Below, one piece after another: positions 49,105 through 58,965 of a stretch of 64,000 bases of DNA. How positions within the stretch are numbered: position 1 is the stretch's first letter; every line of letters begins with the position of its first letter. The DNA is taken from assembly GCA_052146795.1 (NCBI GenBank), contig JBKQMH010000024.1:2853-66852 (forward strand), given 5' to 3'. The notes under the pieces were generated by a model that worked only from the letters and a program-made list of their open reading frames with translations, was not told the DNA's origin and made no database searches. The translations under genes and the position numbers were made by a program. This stretch comes from Verrucomicrobiia bacterium. GTDB taxonomy: Bacteria > Verrucomicrobiota > Verrucomicrobiia > Palsa-1439.

Positions 49105-50118
49105 CTACGCCACGGGAGCGAGGCCGTAGTTCTTCGTGTGCAATTTGGACAGGCTGGACAATTCCGTGTCCGTGAGGTCAGGCGTGTCCGAGGCCGCCGC
49201 AAATTCGTGGAGTTGCCGCTCGTTGTAGATGTTCGGCAACACGGAACAGATACTCGGTTCTGCGAGGATAAACTTGATCGCTGCCTGCCCCAGCGTCCGC
49301 CCCGTGTCCTTCGTCAGGAACGCGACTTGTTCCACCTTTTTCAGTCCGTCCACCAGCCAGGCCTTGCGCTTGGCATCGTCGGCTACGCGGAAGCTGCGGT
49401 GATCGTCCTTGGTGAACGTCGTGGCCTCGGAATACACGCCTTCCAGCAGCCCGGAGCAATGCGGCACGCGCGTAAACACGCTCCGATCGCACTCGCGCGC
49501 GGCAGGGAAAATCGGCTCCCCGATCATTTGTTCGAACAGATTGTAAATGATCTGCACGTGCGCGCTGCGTTCCCGCAGCGCCGCAATCCCTTCGGCAATC
49601 TGCCGCCGGTCGATCGCCGGCCCGAGCGCGACGCCAAACGCGAGAATCTTGCCGGCCTCGCGCAACTCGTGCAGTGTGGCGAACACCTCGTCGTTGCGGA
49701 TGGTCTCGATACGCGGGTTGTGGAGCTGGTAGAAATCGATGTGGTCGGTGTTCAATCGGCGCAAACTTTGTTCGCACGCCATGCGGATGAAATCCGGCGA
49801 CCAATTGTGGGGCCGCTCACGCTGGCCGGGTTGCACGCCGGGGTGATTGTAAAAATCGTAGCCGAATTTCGTGGCGATCACGATGTCGTCACGGCGTCCC
49901 TCGAAGGCCCGGGCCAGCACGACCTCGCCTTTGCCGTCACCATAGACGTCCGCCGTGTCGAAAAAATTCACGCCGAGATCGAGGGCCTGGCGCAACAGGC
50001 TGACGCCCGTGTCGTAGTCCTCATCCGCGACACCCCACATCTTGGTGCCAACCGTCCACACGCCGAAACCGACTTCGGAGACCTTGAGGTTTGTGCCTTT
50101 AAGAATGCGATATTTCAT
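49105..50118 (-). CDS. Aldo/keto reductase.
   Basis: [21 protein letters not shown]...FFDTADVYG. Confidence 0.85.
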   Translation of the reverse strand: MKYRILKGTNLKVSEVGFGVWTVGTKMWGVADEDYDTGVSLLRQALDLGVNFFDTADVYGDGKGEVVLARAFEGRRDDIVIATKFGYDFYNHPGVQPGQRERPHNWSPDFIRMACEQSLRRLNTDHIDFYQLHNPRIETIRNDEVFATLHELREAGKILAFGVALGPAIDRRQIAEGIAALRERSAHVQIIYNLFEQMIGEPIFPAARECDRSVFTRVPHCSGLLEGVYSEATTFTKDDHRSFRVADDAKRKAWLVDGLKKVEQVAFLTKDTGRTLGQAAIKFILAEPSICSVLPNIYNERQLHEFAAASDTPDLTDTELSSLSKLHTKNYGLAPVA

Positions 50119-50236
50119 GGCGAATCCCGAGATACGTCACCGCCTGTTTATAACTGAAGACAGGACAGATGCACAAGCCCGTTGACAATCCGCTCGTGAC
50201 TAATGTCCTGCCGCCGCAAACACCAGCCGCAGCCGG

Positions 50237-50662
50237 TTATTTTTGCGGCGTGTTGGGGGTCGGCGACGTGGCTGCCGGCGCTGGCTGTTGACCTTGCGTG
50301 ATGGCTTTCTGCCAGTAGTCGTCGGAGTACGTCAGCTTCGGGATGTTGCTCCAAAACCCGTTGATCATGCCCCCGATGGGCGGACGATAAATGGACGTAT
50401 CACCGCGCTGCGTATCGATGAGGAACAACACGGTCCCGCGGTCGCCCTGGTTGGCCACGACGATTTGAAATCGGCCCGTGCCGGCCTGGTCGAGTTTTCC
50501 CTCTATGCGGGTGAGACGCTCCTGTGCCTTGGTGACCTCGTCCTGGGTCTTGCCGGCCTGCTGTTGGATATCATCAAGCTTGGAGCAGGAGGTTGTAAAC
50601 AACAGAACGAATGCCGCGAGTGAACACGAAATGATAGCTGGCCTTGAGATGCGACCTTTCAT
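50237..50662 (-). CDS. Hypothetical lipoprotein.
   Basis: Signal peptide with lipobox LLFTTSC|S. Confidence 0.5.
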   Translation of the reverse strand: MKGRISRPAIISCSLAAFVLLFTTSCSKLDDIQQQAGKTQDEVTKAQERLTRIEGKLDQAGTGRFQIVVANQGDRGTVLFLIDTQRGDTSIYRPPIGGMINGFWSNIPKLTYSDDYWQKAITQGQQPAPAATSPTPNTPQK

Positions 50663-50806
50663 CTAACGTTCCTCCTGTTCTGGTGCGCGGTGCTGATGAA
50701 CCGGCACAAGCTTGGCCTTCCTTGTAGCAGTGCCGCCCGATGGCTGTCAAGCAGCCGGATTTCCGATGGACAGGTTGCGGCGGATGCGCTAAGTAGTTAC
50801 CGGGCA

Positions 50807-51394
50807 ATGCAACCGAGCAACCATATCGCGTTTAAAGAATGGGCGGTCGTCGTGGACGCGTTGGGGCAGGGCGAACAGGTCCTGATCCTCCGCAAGGGCG
50901 GCATTCGCGAGGAACGCGGCCAGTTCCAGGTCGACCACCGCGAATTCTGGCTGTTCCCGACGCAATATCACGAGGCCGAGCGCTCTATCATTCCGTCCAA
51001 ACGCCCCCGGTTGCGCGACATGGCCGCCGCCGCGCCGAAAGAGGCCGTCGACATCGAATATTACGCGGTCGCCGATTCCGTCATCCAGATCACCGGCCCC
51101 GAAGTGCTCAAGCGCCTGCAGGGACGACATATTTGGAGCGAGCAAATTTTGCAGGAGCGGTTCCAATTCGGACGCGAACCGGGGTTGCATGCGCTCCTCA
51201 CGCGCGTCTATCGTCGGCCCGCTCCCGAACGGTTTGCCATGCGTGAGTCCTATGGCGGTTGCAAGAGCTGGGTGGAGCTGGAACGCGCGCTGCCCACTGA
51301 AAGCTTGACGACAGTGCTCCCAGATGTTGAATATAGCGCCCATCGGAAGGAAATGTTGGAGATGCTAGCCGATCATGCCCTTGCTCATTCATAA
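50807..51394 (+). CDS. DUF1802-like protein.
   Basis: N-terminal IAFKEWAVVVDALGQGEQVLILRKGGI. Confidence 0.45.
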   Translation: MQPSNHIAFKEWAVVVDALGQGEQVLILRKGGIREERGQFQVDHREFWLFPTQYHEAERSIIPSKRPRLRDMAAAAPKEAVDIEYYAVADSVIQITGPEVLKRLQGRHIWSEQILQERFQFGREPGLHALLTRVYRRPAPERFAMRESYGGCKSWVELERALPTESLTTVLPDVEYSAHRKEMLEMLADHALAHS

Positions 51395-51821
51395 AAAGCC
51401 CGATGGGACGGAAAAGACCCTCGAATTCAGCAATAAACCTCTGATCGTCGGTCGTCTGCCCGAGTCCGAAATCTCCGTGCGCGACTCGTTCATTTCGCGC
51501 GTGCATTGCGGATTCACCTTCGCCAACAGCCAGTTTTCGCTCAAGGATCTCGGTTCCACCAACGGCACCTACCGCAATGGCGCCCGCGTGTTCGAGTGTG
51601 CACTCTCCTCGGGCGACAAAATCCAGGTCGGCAACACGACGCTCGTGTTCGAGATCGACTCGAAAAACAACAACGCGTCCCTGCGGCAGATCCCGCAGAT
51701 GGTCGCGCCGCCGTTGACGGTCGGGGGCTCGACGCCGCCCCGCCCGGACCTCAAACAAGTGACCACGCCGGTGAATCCGCCGGCAAGCCGGCCGGCGCCA
51801 CCCAGCGTCAAGCCCAAGTGA
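51375..51821 (+). CDS. FHA-domain protein.
   Basis: LIVGRLPESEISVRDSFISRVHCGF...GSTNGTYRNG. Overlaps the upstream gene by 20 nt. Confidence 0.75.
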   Translation: MPLLIHKKPDGTEKTLEFSNKPLIVGRLPESEISVRDSFISRVHCGFTFANSQFSLKDLGSTNGTYRNGARVFECALSSGDKIQVGNTTLVFEIDSKNNNASLRQIPQMVAPPLTVGGSTPPRPDLKQVTTPVNPPASRPAPPSVKPK

Positions 51822-51838
51822 CCTTTCTCCGTCGTCCC

Positions 51839-52291
51839 ATGATCGTGGCGCGACAGCCGGTGCTGCTCCTGTTTCTTGCTGCCTGGCTGATGTGTTTTGC
51901 GTCCGCGCCGGTCCGATCGGAAGATTCCACCAACCAGGTCAAATCGGCGACAGACCTCGCGCGGGAAAAGGCCCGGCAGCAACGGCGGAACTTGCCATTC
52001 ACCAAGGGCACGCTCAGGGACATTGATTTTCTGCGACACGAACTCAGGCTCGCGACGGTCGATGGCGTGCGGACGTTCACCTACACGCCGCGAACGTATA
52101 TCTTTCGCGACAAAACCAAGGTCACAGTGGACCAATTGAAAACTGGCGATATCATTGCCCTGCGTTTCAATACCGACAATGATGGTGTCAGCACTATTGT
52201 CCGCATCAAAGCCTATGGCACACCCACGGCCGGCGCCGCGCCGCCGGGACCGGCCATTTCCACCAACCAGTTAAACAACGCGTCACAATGA
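51839..52291 (+). CDS. Hypothetical exported protein.
   Basis: Signal peptide MIVARQPVLLLFLAAWLMCFASAPVRS. Read in a different frame from the listed 51506 ORF N-terminus. Confidence 0.4.
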   Translation: MIVARQPVLLLFLAAWLMCFASAPVRSEDSTNQVKSATDLAREKARQQRRNLPFTKGTLRDIDFLRHELRLATVDGVRTFTYTPRTYIFRDKTKVTVDQLKTGDIIALRFNTDNDGVSTIVRIKAYGTPTAGAAPPGPAISTNQLNNASQ

Positions 52292-52842
52292 AAAAGGTCC
52301 TCGTGCCCCTTGCGCCCGGCTTCGAGGAAATTGAAGCCATCACCGTGATTGATGTTTTGAGGCGGGCCGGGGTGGACGTGGTGGTTGCCGGAACGCAATC
52401 CGGCCCGATCGAAGCTTCGCGTAAAACCCGGCATGTTCCCGATTGCACGCTGGACGACATTCATGCCGACGATTTTGACATGATCGTCCTGCCGGGCGGC
52501 CAGCCCGGCACCAACAATCTGCGTAACGATCCACGCATCAAACAAATTATTGAGACCCTACGGACAAAAAACCGCCGGATCGCGGCCATTTGCGCCGCGC
52601 CCAGCGTCCTGTCCGCCTACGGCATCTTGAAAGGCCGCACCGCCACCAGTCATCCCAGTGTCCGGACGGAAGTCGCCGCGGGTGCGAAGGAGATTTCCGA
52701 TCACCGCGTTGTCATCGACGGACCCATCGTGACCAGCCAGGCCGCGGGCACCGCGATGGAATTTGCCTTCGCGCTTGTCGAAATGCTCTGCGGCGCCGAC
52801 AAAGCGGCCGAGGTCAACCGCGGCGTGCTCGCCCGGCTCTGA
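52288..52842 (+). CDS. DJ-1/PfpI family protein.
   Basis: Catalytic Cys in AAICAAPSVL. ATGA overlap. Confidence 0.8.
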   Translation: MKKVLVPLAPGFEEIEAITVIDVLRRAGVDVVVAGTQSGPIEASRKTRHVPDCTLDDIHADDFDMIVLPGGQPGTNNLRNDPRIKQIIETLRTKNRRIAAICAAPSVLSAYGILKGRTATSHPSVRTEVAAGAKEISDHRVVIDGPIVTSQAAGTAMEFAFALVEMLCGADKAAEVNRGVLARL

Positions 52843-52899
52843 CGATTTACCCGCGTTGCATTTCGTGGCCCGCACGGTAGAATCCCCCACAGAGGCTGG

Positions 52900-53688
52900 G
52901 TGAAACGGAGAAGCACAACAGCAGTCGCGCTCACGGTCGCCGGGTCCGACAGCGGCGGTGGCGCCGGCATTCAAGCCGACCTGAAGACATTCCATGCGCA
53001 CGGCGTTTTCGGCACGTGCGCCATCACATGCATCACAGCGCAGAACCCGTCTCGCGTCAGCACCGTGCAGCCACTCAACCCGCCTCTCGTGGCCGAGCAG
53101 ATGGACCGCATCTTTGAAGCGTTCCCCGTCCGCGGCGCGAAAACCGGCATGTTATACGACGCGGCAATCATCGAGGCGGTCGCACACGAATTCGCCCGTC
53201 GCAAGTTCGGCAAACTCGTGGTCGATCCGGTCATGGTGGCCAGCAGCGGCGCGTTGTTGCTCAAGAAAGACGCGGTCACCGCGCTCACATCGAAACTCTT
53301 TCCGCTCGCGGCAGTCGTGACGCCGAACCTCGCCGAGGCGGAAGTGCTCGCGCGTCGCACCATCCGCACGCTCGATGACTTGCGCTTGGCGGCCCTTGTC
53401 CTCACGGAGAAATACGGCGTCCCGTTTCTGGTCAAAGGCGGGCATCTGCATGGGGCCAACCGTGCGGTGGACGTCTTGTTCGATGGCAAACGCCTGTATG
53501 AATACCGCGCGGCGATGGTGCCGAAGATCAAGACGCACGGTACGGGATGCACGTTCTCGGCGGCGATCACCGCCAATCTGGCGCTGGGTCACGGTTTGAC
53601 CCAGTCCATCGGGCGCGCGAAACGATTTGTGACACTGGCCATATGTGACGCCGTGAAAGTGGGGCGACACCGGGCGCTGAGAATATGA
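52900..53688 (+). CDS. thiD: Hydroxymethylpyrimidine/phosphomethylpyrimidine kinase.
   Basis: VAGSDSGGGAGIQADL...GGHL motifs. GTG start. Confidence 0.85.
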   Translation: MKRRSTTAVALTVAGSDSGGGAGIQADLKTFHAHGVFGTCAITCITAQNPSRVSTVQPLNPPLVAEQMDRIFEAFPVRGAKTGMLYDAAIIEAVAHEFARRKFGKLVVDPVMVASSGALLLKKDAVTALTSKLFPLAAVVTPNLAEAEVLARRTIRTLDDLRLAALVLTEKYGVPFLVKGGHLHGANRAVDVLFDGKRLYEYRAAMVPKIKTHGTGCTFSAAITANLALGHGLTQSIGRAKRFVTLAICDAVKVGRHRALRI

Positions 53689-56108
53689 AACGTCCGCTCA
53701 CGGGGCTCGTGGTCACCTACGCCTCGGGGATTTGGATCGGGCCGCTCGTTGGTTGGGCGTTGACGCCTTTGCTCCTGACGTCGGCTGGTTGCCTCATACT
53801 CTTCCTCTTCTTGCGGCGAACGCCATTGGCCCGGGTCACACTGTTCGCGGCGGCGTTCGTGTTGGGGATCGCCGGGTATCGCCAGGCCACAACGATTTCG
53901 TCCCCGATCGATATTGTGCGCCTGCTCGAACCGCGCGACCAAAGCGTCGCGTTGCAGGGCGTGATCGTCACGGACACGGGCGAGCGCGACAGGCCCGCCA
54001 GCGAAACGGATACCGAGCGACTGCGCTTTTCCCTCGTACTACGAGCAGTGCAGCGGAACGGGCAGTGGGTTCCCGCAACCGGGACGGTCCTGGTGTTCGT
54101 GAGCGACGCGCGCGAGGTCGCGCCGTTGCGTTACGGCGATCTCATCCAGTTCTCGGGAGTGTTGCGCGTGCCGGCACCGGTGCGCAATCCGGGCGCATTC
54201 GATTGGCGGGGATGGCTGGAGCGGCGCGGGATTCATTTCACCGCGACGATCCGCAAGGACGATTTGCTGGAAGTGGAGGCCCACGACCAGGGTAATCCGG
54301 TGATTGCCATGTCGTTGCGGTTGAGCCGGTATCTCGAACGCACGCTACGCCTCGGCCTTGAGGGCGAGCCGAAGCTGGCCGGTGCGCTCGCGGGCATGGT
54401 GATCGGCGAGCGCTCGGAAATCCCGACGGAGACGTACAAGGATTTCCAGCGCACGGGTGTCTTCCATGTGTTTGCCATCAACGGACTGCACGTCGGTTTG
54501 GTGACGGGAATTGTGTTGATCGTTTTGCGCATGGCGCGGATTCCACGACGATGGTGCGCCTTGTTGGCGGTGCCGGCACTGGTTCTGTATGTGTTCGCCA
54601 CCGGCGCGCATCCCGGCGCGGTGCGGGCACTGATCATGGCGTGCGCGTTGCTGGTTGGGTGGATGTTGGTGCGTCCCGCCGACACGTTGAACAGCCTGGC
54701 CGCGGCGGCGCTGGTGATTCTCCTCTGCGACCCGACGCAACTGTTTGGCAGCGGGTTCCTGCTTTCGTTTTCCGTCGTGCTGGCCATCGTGACATTGACG
54801 CCGCTCATCGAAGCGCGGTTGTCGCCATGGGCCGCAACCGATCCGTTTCTGCCCGAAGAATTCGTACCGACTTGGAGGAAGAAGCTTGGGCGACGGCTGC
54901 GACGGGTCATCCAACTGCTGAGTTGCTCGGTGGCGGCGTGGCTCGGGCTGGTGCCATTGATGGCGTTGTATTTCAACCTGTTCACGCCGATCAGCGTCAT
55001 CGCCAATCTGCTCGTAATCCCGTTGCTCGGATGCATCATCGCGCTCGGGTTGCTGGCTGCCCTGGCGCACGCCGCGAGCGCATGGTTGGCGTTGACGCTG
55101 AATAATGCGAACAGTCTCCTGATCGCCACGATGGTTCACGGTGTGGACTGGCTCGGGGCGGTGCCGTTGGGTCATAGGTTTGTCCAAGCGCCACCCGTGT
55201 GGTTGGTGTGGACGTATTACGGATTTGGCGTGCTTGTGCTGGGCAAGAGGATTTCCGCGCACCGCCGGCGGATCATTGCGGCGCTGGTGGTGCCGGTCAT
55301 GATTGTGGCGTTGTTCGTCCGTGACGGACCGTCGAACAAAGTCGATCTGACCGTACTGTCGTTGAGCGATGGTACGTCGATCTTTGCCCAGGTGCTCGGG
55401 AGCCACCACGACTTGTTGATTGATGGCGGCGGCGGCTGGGATGGAATGCACGTCGTGGTCCCGTTCCTGCGGTCGGAAGGCGTGAATCGCCTCGCCGCCA
55501 CCGTGCTCACCTGCGGCGACAAGCCCCATGCGGCGGGGTTGACCGTCGTGGTGAGCGAAGTGGGGGCCCGGCAGGCCGTCTGGAGCGGGATCCCCTCGCG
55601 CTCGAAGTATTGCTCGGAATGGGTCAACCAGATCAAGGCGCGGGAGATTCCCCTGCGTGTAGTCAAAGCCGGCGACGAGCTTGGTTCCACATCGGATGCG
55701 CGTATCCGGGTGCTCAGCCCGCCGCCCGGCGTGGTCGCCAGCCGCGCCGATGACAACGCGCTCGTGCTGGCCGTCGAGTACGGGCCGACGCGGGTGCTGT
55801 TGATGTCCGATGTTGGCGAGACGGTTGAGAAACGGTTGTTGAAGGACTACAGCGATCTTCGCGCCCGGGTCGTGGTGAAGGGGCAACATTCCAAGGAATC
55901 ATCCTGCACGGCGGAATTCCTCGATGCGGTGCGCCCCGAAACCGTCGTGCAGATCGTCAACGCCGAAGACAGCCACCGTTATCCCGAGCCGGCGTTGCGC
56001 GACCGGCTAGCGGCGCGCGGCATCGCTTACCTCCGCACCGACGACAATGGCGCCGTGACGATCCGGTTGACAAAGAATGGATGCGAAGTGCACACGTTTG
56101 TGAAATAG
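53685..56108 (+). CDS. comEC: ComEC/Rec2 family DNA internalization protein.
   Basis: 807 aa with an N-terminal DUF4131-like segment, a competence transmembrane core (FHVFAINGLHVG) and a C-terminal MBL domain. ATGA overlap with thiD. Confidence 0.85.
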   Translation: MKRPLTGLVVTYASGIWIGPLVGWALTPLLLTSAGCLILFLFLRRTPLARVTLFAAAFVLGIAGYRQATTISSPIDIVRLLEPRDQSVALQGVIVTDTGERDRPASETDTERLRFSLVLRAVQRNGQWVPATGTVLVFVSDAREVAPLRYGDLIQFSGVLRVPAPVRNPGAFDWRGWLERRGIHFTATIRKDDLLEVEAHDQGNPVIAMSLRLSRYLERTLRLGLEGEPKLAGALAGMVIGERSEIPTETYKDFQRTGVFHVFAINGLHVGLVTGIVLIVLRMARIPRRWCALLAVPALVLYVFATGAHPGAVRALIMACALLVGWMLVRPADTLNSLAAAALVILLCDPTQLFGSGFLLSFSVVLAIVTLTPLIEARLSPWAATDPFLPEEFVPTWRKKLGRRLRRVIQLLSCSVAAWLGLVPLMALYFNLFTPISVIANLLVIPLLGCIIALGLLAALAHAASAWLALTLNNANSLLIATMVHGVDWLGAVPLGHRFVQAPPVWLVWTYYGFGVLVLGKRISAHRRRIIAALVVPVMIVALFVRDGPSNKVDLTVLSLSDGTSIFAQVLGSHHDLLIDGGGGWDGMHVVVPFLRSEGVNRLAATVLTCGDKPHAAGLTVVVSEVGARQAVWSGIPSRSKYCSEWVNQIKAREIPLRVVKAGDELGSTSDARIRVLSPPPGVVASRADDNALVLAVEYGPTRVLLMSDVGETVEKRLLKDYSDLRARVVVKGQHSKESSCTAEFLDAVRPETVVQIVNAEDSHRYPEPALRDRLAARGIAYLRTDDNGAVTIRLTKNGCEVHTFVK

Positions 56109-56172
56109 ATTTGTTCTCGTCGAATCATTCTGACTTGTCTGGCCGGCTGTCGCTCGCCATACTGCGCGGGAG

Positions 56173-57354
56173 ATGGTGGTAATCATCAATGGACGGGTGA
56201 TTGCTCCGCACAGCGTGCTGGAGCAGCATTGCGTCGTGATTGATGGCGGCAAGATCAAGCAGGTGGCGCCGACGGCGCAGGTGTTGTGGCCCGAAGATGC
56301 GCACGTGATCGACGCCCAGAACAACTTCGTCGCGCCGGGCTTCGTGGACATGCACGTTCACGGCGCGCTGGGCCGCGACGCCATGGATGGCACGGTCGAA
56401 GCGCTGGCGCAGATAGCGAAATTTCACGCGGCGGGCGGGACAACGGCGATGACGCCGACGACCACGACGCATTCGACGGAGAAGATTTCTGGTGCGTTGC
56501 AGGCGATTGACGACGCGATGGGGCACGATTTTGGCGGGGCGCAAATCGTCGGGGCGCACATCGAAGGGCCGTATATTTCACGGGAACGTAACGGGGCGCA
56601 GCCGGCGCAGTATATCCGTGACGCGATCCCGGCAGAGTACGTGCCGTGGCTCGACCGCGATGGATTGGTGACGCAAATGACGCTGGCGCCCGAAGCGACC
56701 GGAGCGCTGGAACTCATCGACGCGCTTTTGGAGCGGGAGATCCTGCCGAGCGGCGGCCACACAGCGGCCAGCTACGAACAGGCGCGCGCGGCGGTGGATC
56801 GCGGGTTGTGTCACGCGACGCATTTGTTCAATTGCATGTCGAGCGCGACCAAGTCGGGCGCGTTTCGATTGCCCGGGGCGCTGGAGACGTTTCTGGCCGA
56901 CGAACGGGTCATGGTGGAAGTGATTGCCGACGGCAAACACGTGCACCCGGAACTGATGCGGCTGGCGGTGCGGGCGAAGGGCGTGGACAAGGTGTGCCTG
57001 ATCACCGATGCGACGGCGGGTGCGGGATTGGCCGAGGGCGCCAAGTTCATGGTCGGGGAAACCGGCGCCGTGGTTCGCGACGGCGTGGGGATGACGGCGG
57101 ATGGTTTGTCGCTGGCCGGCAGCGTGTCGACGATGATTCAGATGGTGCGGAAGATGGTCGAGTTGGCGGGCGCGTCGCTGCCTGACGCGGTGCGGATGGC
57201 GAGCCTAAACCCCGCGCGCGCGCTGGGAATGGGCGGTCGTAAAGGCAGCATCGAAGTGCGGAAGGACGCCGACATGGTGATTTTCACGGACAAGTTCGAC
57301 GTGTTGAAGACGGTGATTGGCGGACGCGTGGAGTACGAAGCCAAAACGGCATGA
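56173..57354 (+). CDS. nagA: N-acetylglucosamine-6-phosphate deacetylase.
   Basis: PGFVDMHVHGALG...GAHIEGPYIS motifs. Confidence 0.85.
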   Translation: MVVIINGRVIAPHSVLEQHCVVIDGGKIKQVAPTAQVLWPEDAHVIDAQNNFVAPGFVDMHVHGALGRDAMDGTVEALAQIAKFHAAGGTTAMTPTTTTHSTEKISGALQAIDDAMGHDFGGAQIVGAHIEGPYISRERNGAQPAQYIRDAIPAEYVPWLDRDGLVTQMTLAPEATGALELIDALLEREILPSGGHTAASYEQARAAVDRGLCHATHLFNCMSSATKSGAFRLPGALETFLADERVMVEVIADGKHVHPELMRLAVRAKGVDKVCLITDATAGAGLAEGAKFMVGETGAVVRDGVGMTADGLSLAGSVSTMIQMVRKMVELAGASLPDAVRMASLNPARALGMGGRKGSIEVRKDADMVIFTDKFDVLKTVIGGRVEYEAKTA

Positions 57355-57379
57355 GCGTGATGATTCAGGTGACGATCCG

Positions 57380-58276
57380 ATGATTGTGATTACGGGGGCA
57401 ACGGGGTTCGTTGGCGAAGAAGTCGTCAAGCAGGCGCGCGAGGCGGGTTATCCTGTGCGGGCCATCGTGCGCGAGCCGCAGCGGGCGCAGTGGTTGGCGG
57501 AGCGCTACGGCGCGGAGTTGTTTCACGGCAACGTGTTGTATGCGCCGTCGATTGAAGGCGCGATGAAGGATGCGAACTGCGTCATTCATCTCGTGGGGAT
57601 CATCTACGAATGGAAGGAAAACACGTTTGAGCGGGTGCACGCGCAGTCGACCCGGCACGTGATTGATGAGGCGAAAAAGGCGGGTGTGAAACGGTTCGTG
57701 CACATGAGTGCGCTCGGCGTGCGGGAGAACGCGCGGAGCCGATATCACCAGAGCAAGTGGGCGGGGGAGGAATCCGTGCGCAAGAGCGGATTGGCCTGGA
57801 CGATCTTCCGTCCGTCGTTCATCTACGGCCCGAGAGACAAGGGGATCAACACGCTGGCGCAGCTTGTGCGGCGGCTGCCATTGATCCCGGTGTTGGGGAG
57901 CGGCAACAGCAGAATCCAGCCGATCTCCGTTGAGAACGTCGCGAAAGCGTTTGTCGGGGCGGTTCGGAACGACGTGAGCATCGCCAAGACCTATGACCTG
58001 TGCGGGCCGGACGCGTTCACGTGGAACGAACTGTATGACAAGCTGCAGGCGATTCTCGGCACGCGGAAGAAGAAAGTCCACCTGCCATTGCCGGTCGCGC
58101 GGGTACAGGCGGCGATCTTCGAGAGGCTTCTCGCGAATCCGCCATTCACGCGCGACCAGCTCCTGATGTTGCAGGAGGACAACGTGGGCGACCCCAAGCC
58201 GGCGGAACGCGAATTTGTGCTCCAACCGCAGAGGTTCGAAGAAGGCGTGGCGCGATATCTCAAGCGTGACACGTGA
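57380..58276 (+). CDS. NAD(P)H-binding SDR (NmrA/complex I NDUFA9-like).
   Basis: MIVITGATGFVGEEV. Confidence 0.7.
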   Translation: MIVITGATGFVGEEVVKQAREAGYPVRAIVREPQRAQWLAERYGAELFHGNVLYAPSIEGAMKDANCVIHLVGIIYEWKENTFERVHAQSTRHVIDEAKKAGVKRFVHMSALGVRENARSRYHQSKWAGEESVRKSGLAWTIFRPSFIYGPRDKGINTLAQLVRRLPLIPVLGSGNSRIQPISVENVAKAFVGAVRNDVSIAKTYDLCGPDAFTWNELYDKLQAILGTRKKKVHLPLPVARVQAAIFERLLANPPFTRDQLLMLQEDNVGDPKPAEREFVLQPQRFEEGVARYLKRDT

Positions 58277-58278
58277 GG

Positions 58279-58313
58279 AAACAAAAACAGGGAATCCATT
58301 GCTGGATTCCCTG
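58279..58313. terminator. Bidirectional intrinsic terminator between convergent genes.
   Basis: Perfect 11-bp stem CAGGGAATCCA ttgc TGGATTCCCTG. AAACAAAAA lies on the left (a U-run for the minus-strand gene) and TTGAAAT on the right. Confidence 0.7.
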
Positions 58314-58351
58314 TTGAAATGCCACGACCGGATCGGTCGGAGCGAATCTGG

Positions 58352-58741
58352 TTACTGGGCAGGCTTCGGCGCTGCGGGCGGGCCGATGTGGTGTGCCGTC
58401 GCTACGCCGTCTTCCTCGGTGTAGTGGACGGTGACCTTGTCGCCGACTTTGATGTCCGCGATCGCCGCGTCCTTCTTGGCGGCGGTGCTGTACTTGGTCT
58501 TATCGTCAATCTTGAAGGTCTTGCTGTCCGCCTCTCCCTTCTTGACGATGACGGTACCGGCCTTTGCGTCAATTGACGCAATATCACCCGTGTATTGATG
58601 CCGTTTCGTTCCCGGCTTGGAACCGATCGGGGGCGCGGCCGCGTTTGTGGACGTGCCCTGGGCCTGAACCAATCCCGTGAACGAAAGCGCGAGCGCGGCA
58701 ATACCCAGAGCCATCGCTGTGCGCAGTAGACGTTTGCTCAT
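58352..58741 (-). CDS. Hypothetical secreted protein.
   Basis: Signal peptide MSKRLLRTAMALGIAALALSFTGLVQAQG. Lys/Asp-rich beta-type repeats. Confidence 0.45.
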   Translation of the reverse strand: MSKRLLRTAMALGIAALALSFTGLVQAQGTSTNAAAPPIGSKPGTKRHQYTGDIASIDAKAGTVIVKKGEADSKTFKIDDKTKYSTAAKKDAAIADIKVGDKVTVHYTEEDGVATAHHIGPPAAPKPAQ

Positions 58742-58965
58742 GTGTTTCCTCCTCATTTGTTATGAAGGTTAGTAATCCCTCAGCAGCCTCTGCATCGGTC
58801 TTTAGAGCAAATCCGATAGTCCGTCAAGCCTGAATCATGAGCATCAGGCCTGACGGGCTTTTTGCTTGATTCACCCGGGCTTCGGGTTCAATCTCAGGCA
58901 GCCTCGCCCCGGCGAGTAAGGCGGAGTTTCACAACCGAAACCAGTTTTTGACGGAGATTTTCCAC

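Noticed and set aside
52843-52899. Possible TPP (thi-box) riboswitch upstream of thiD.
   Set aside because: Only 57 nt of leader. The conserved CUGAGA / ACCUGAUCUGGAUAAUGCCAGCG elements are absent.
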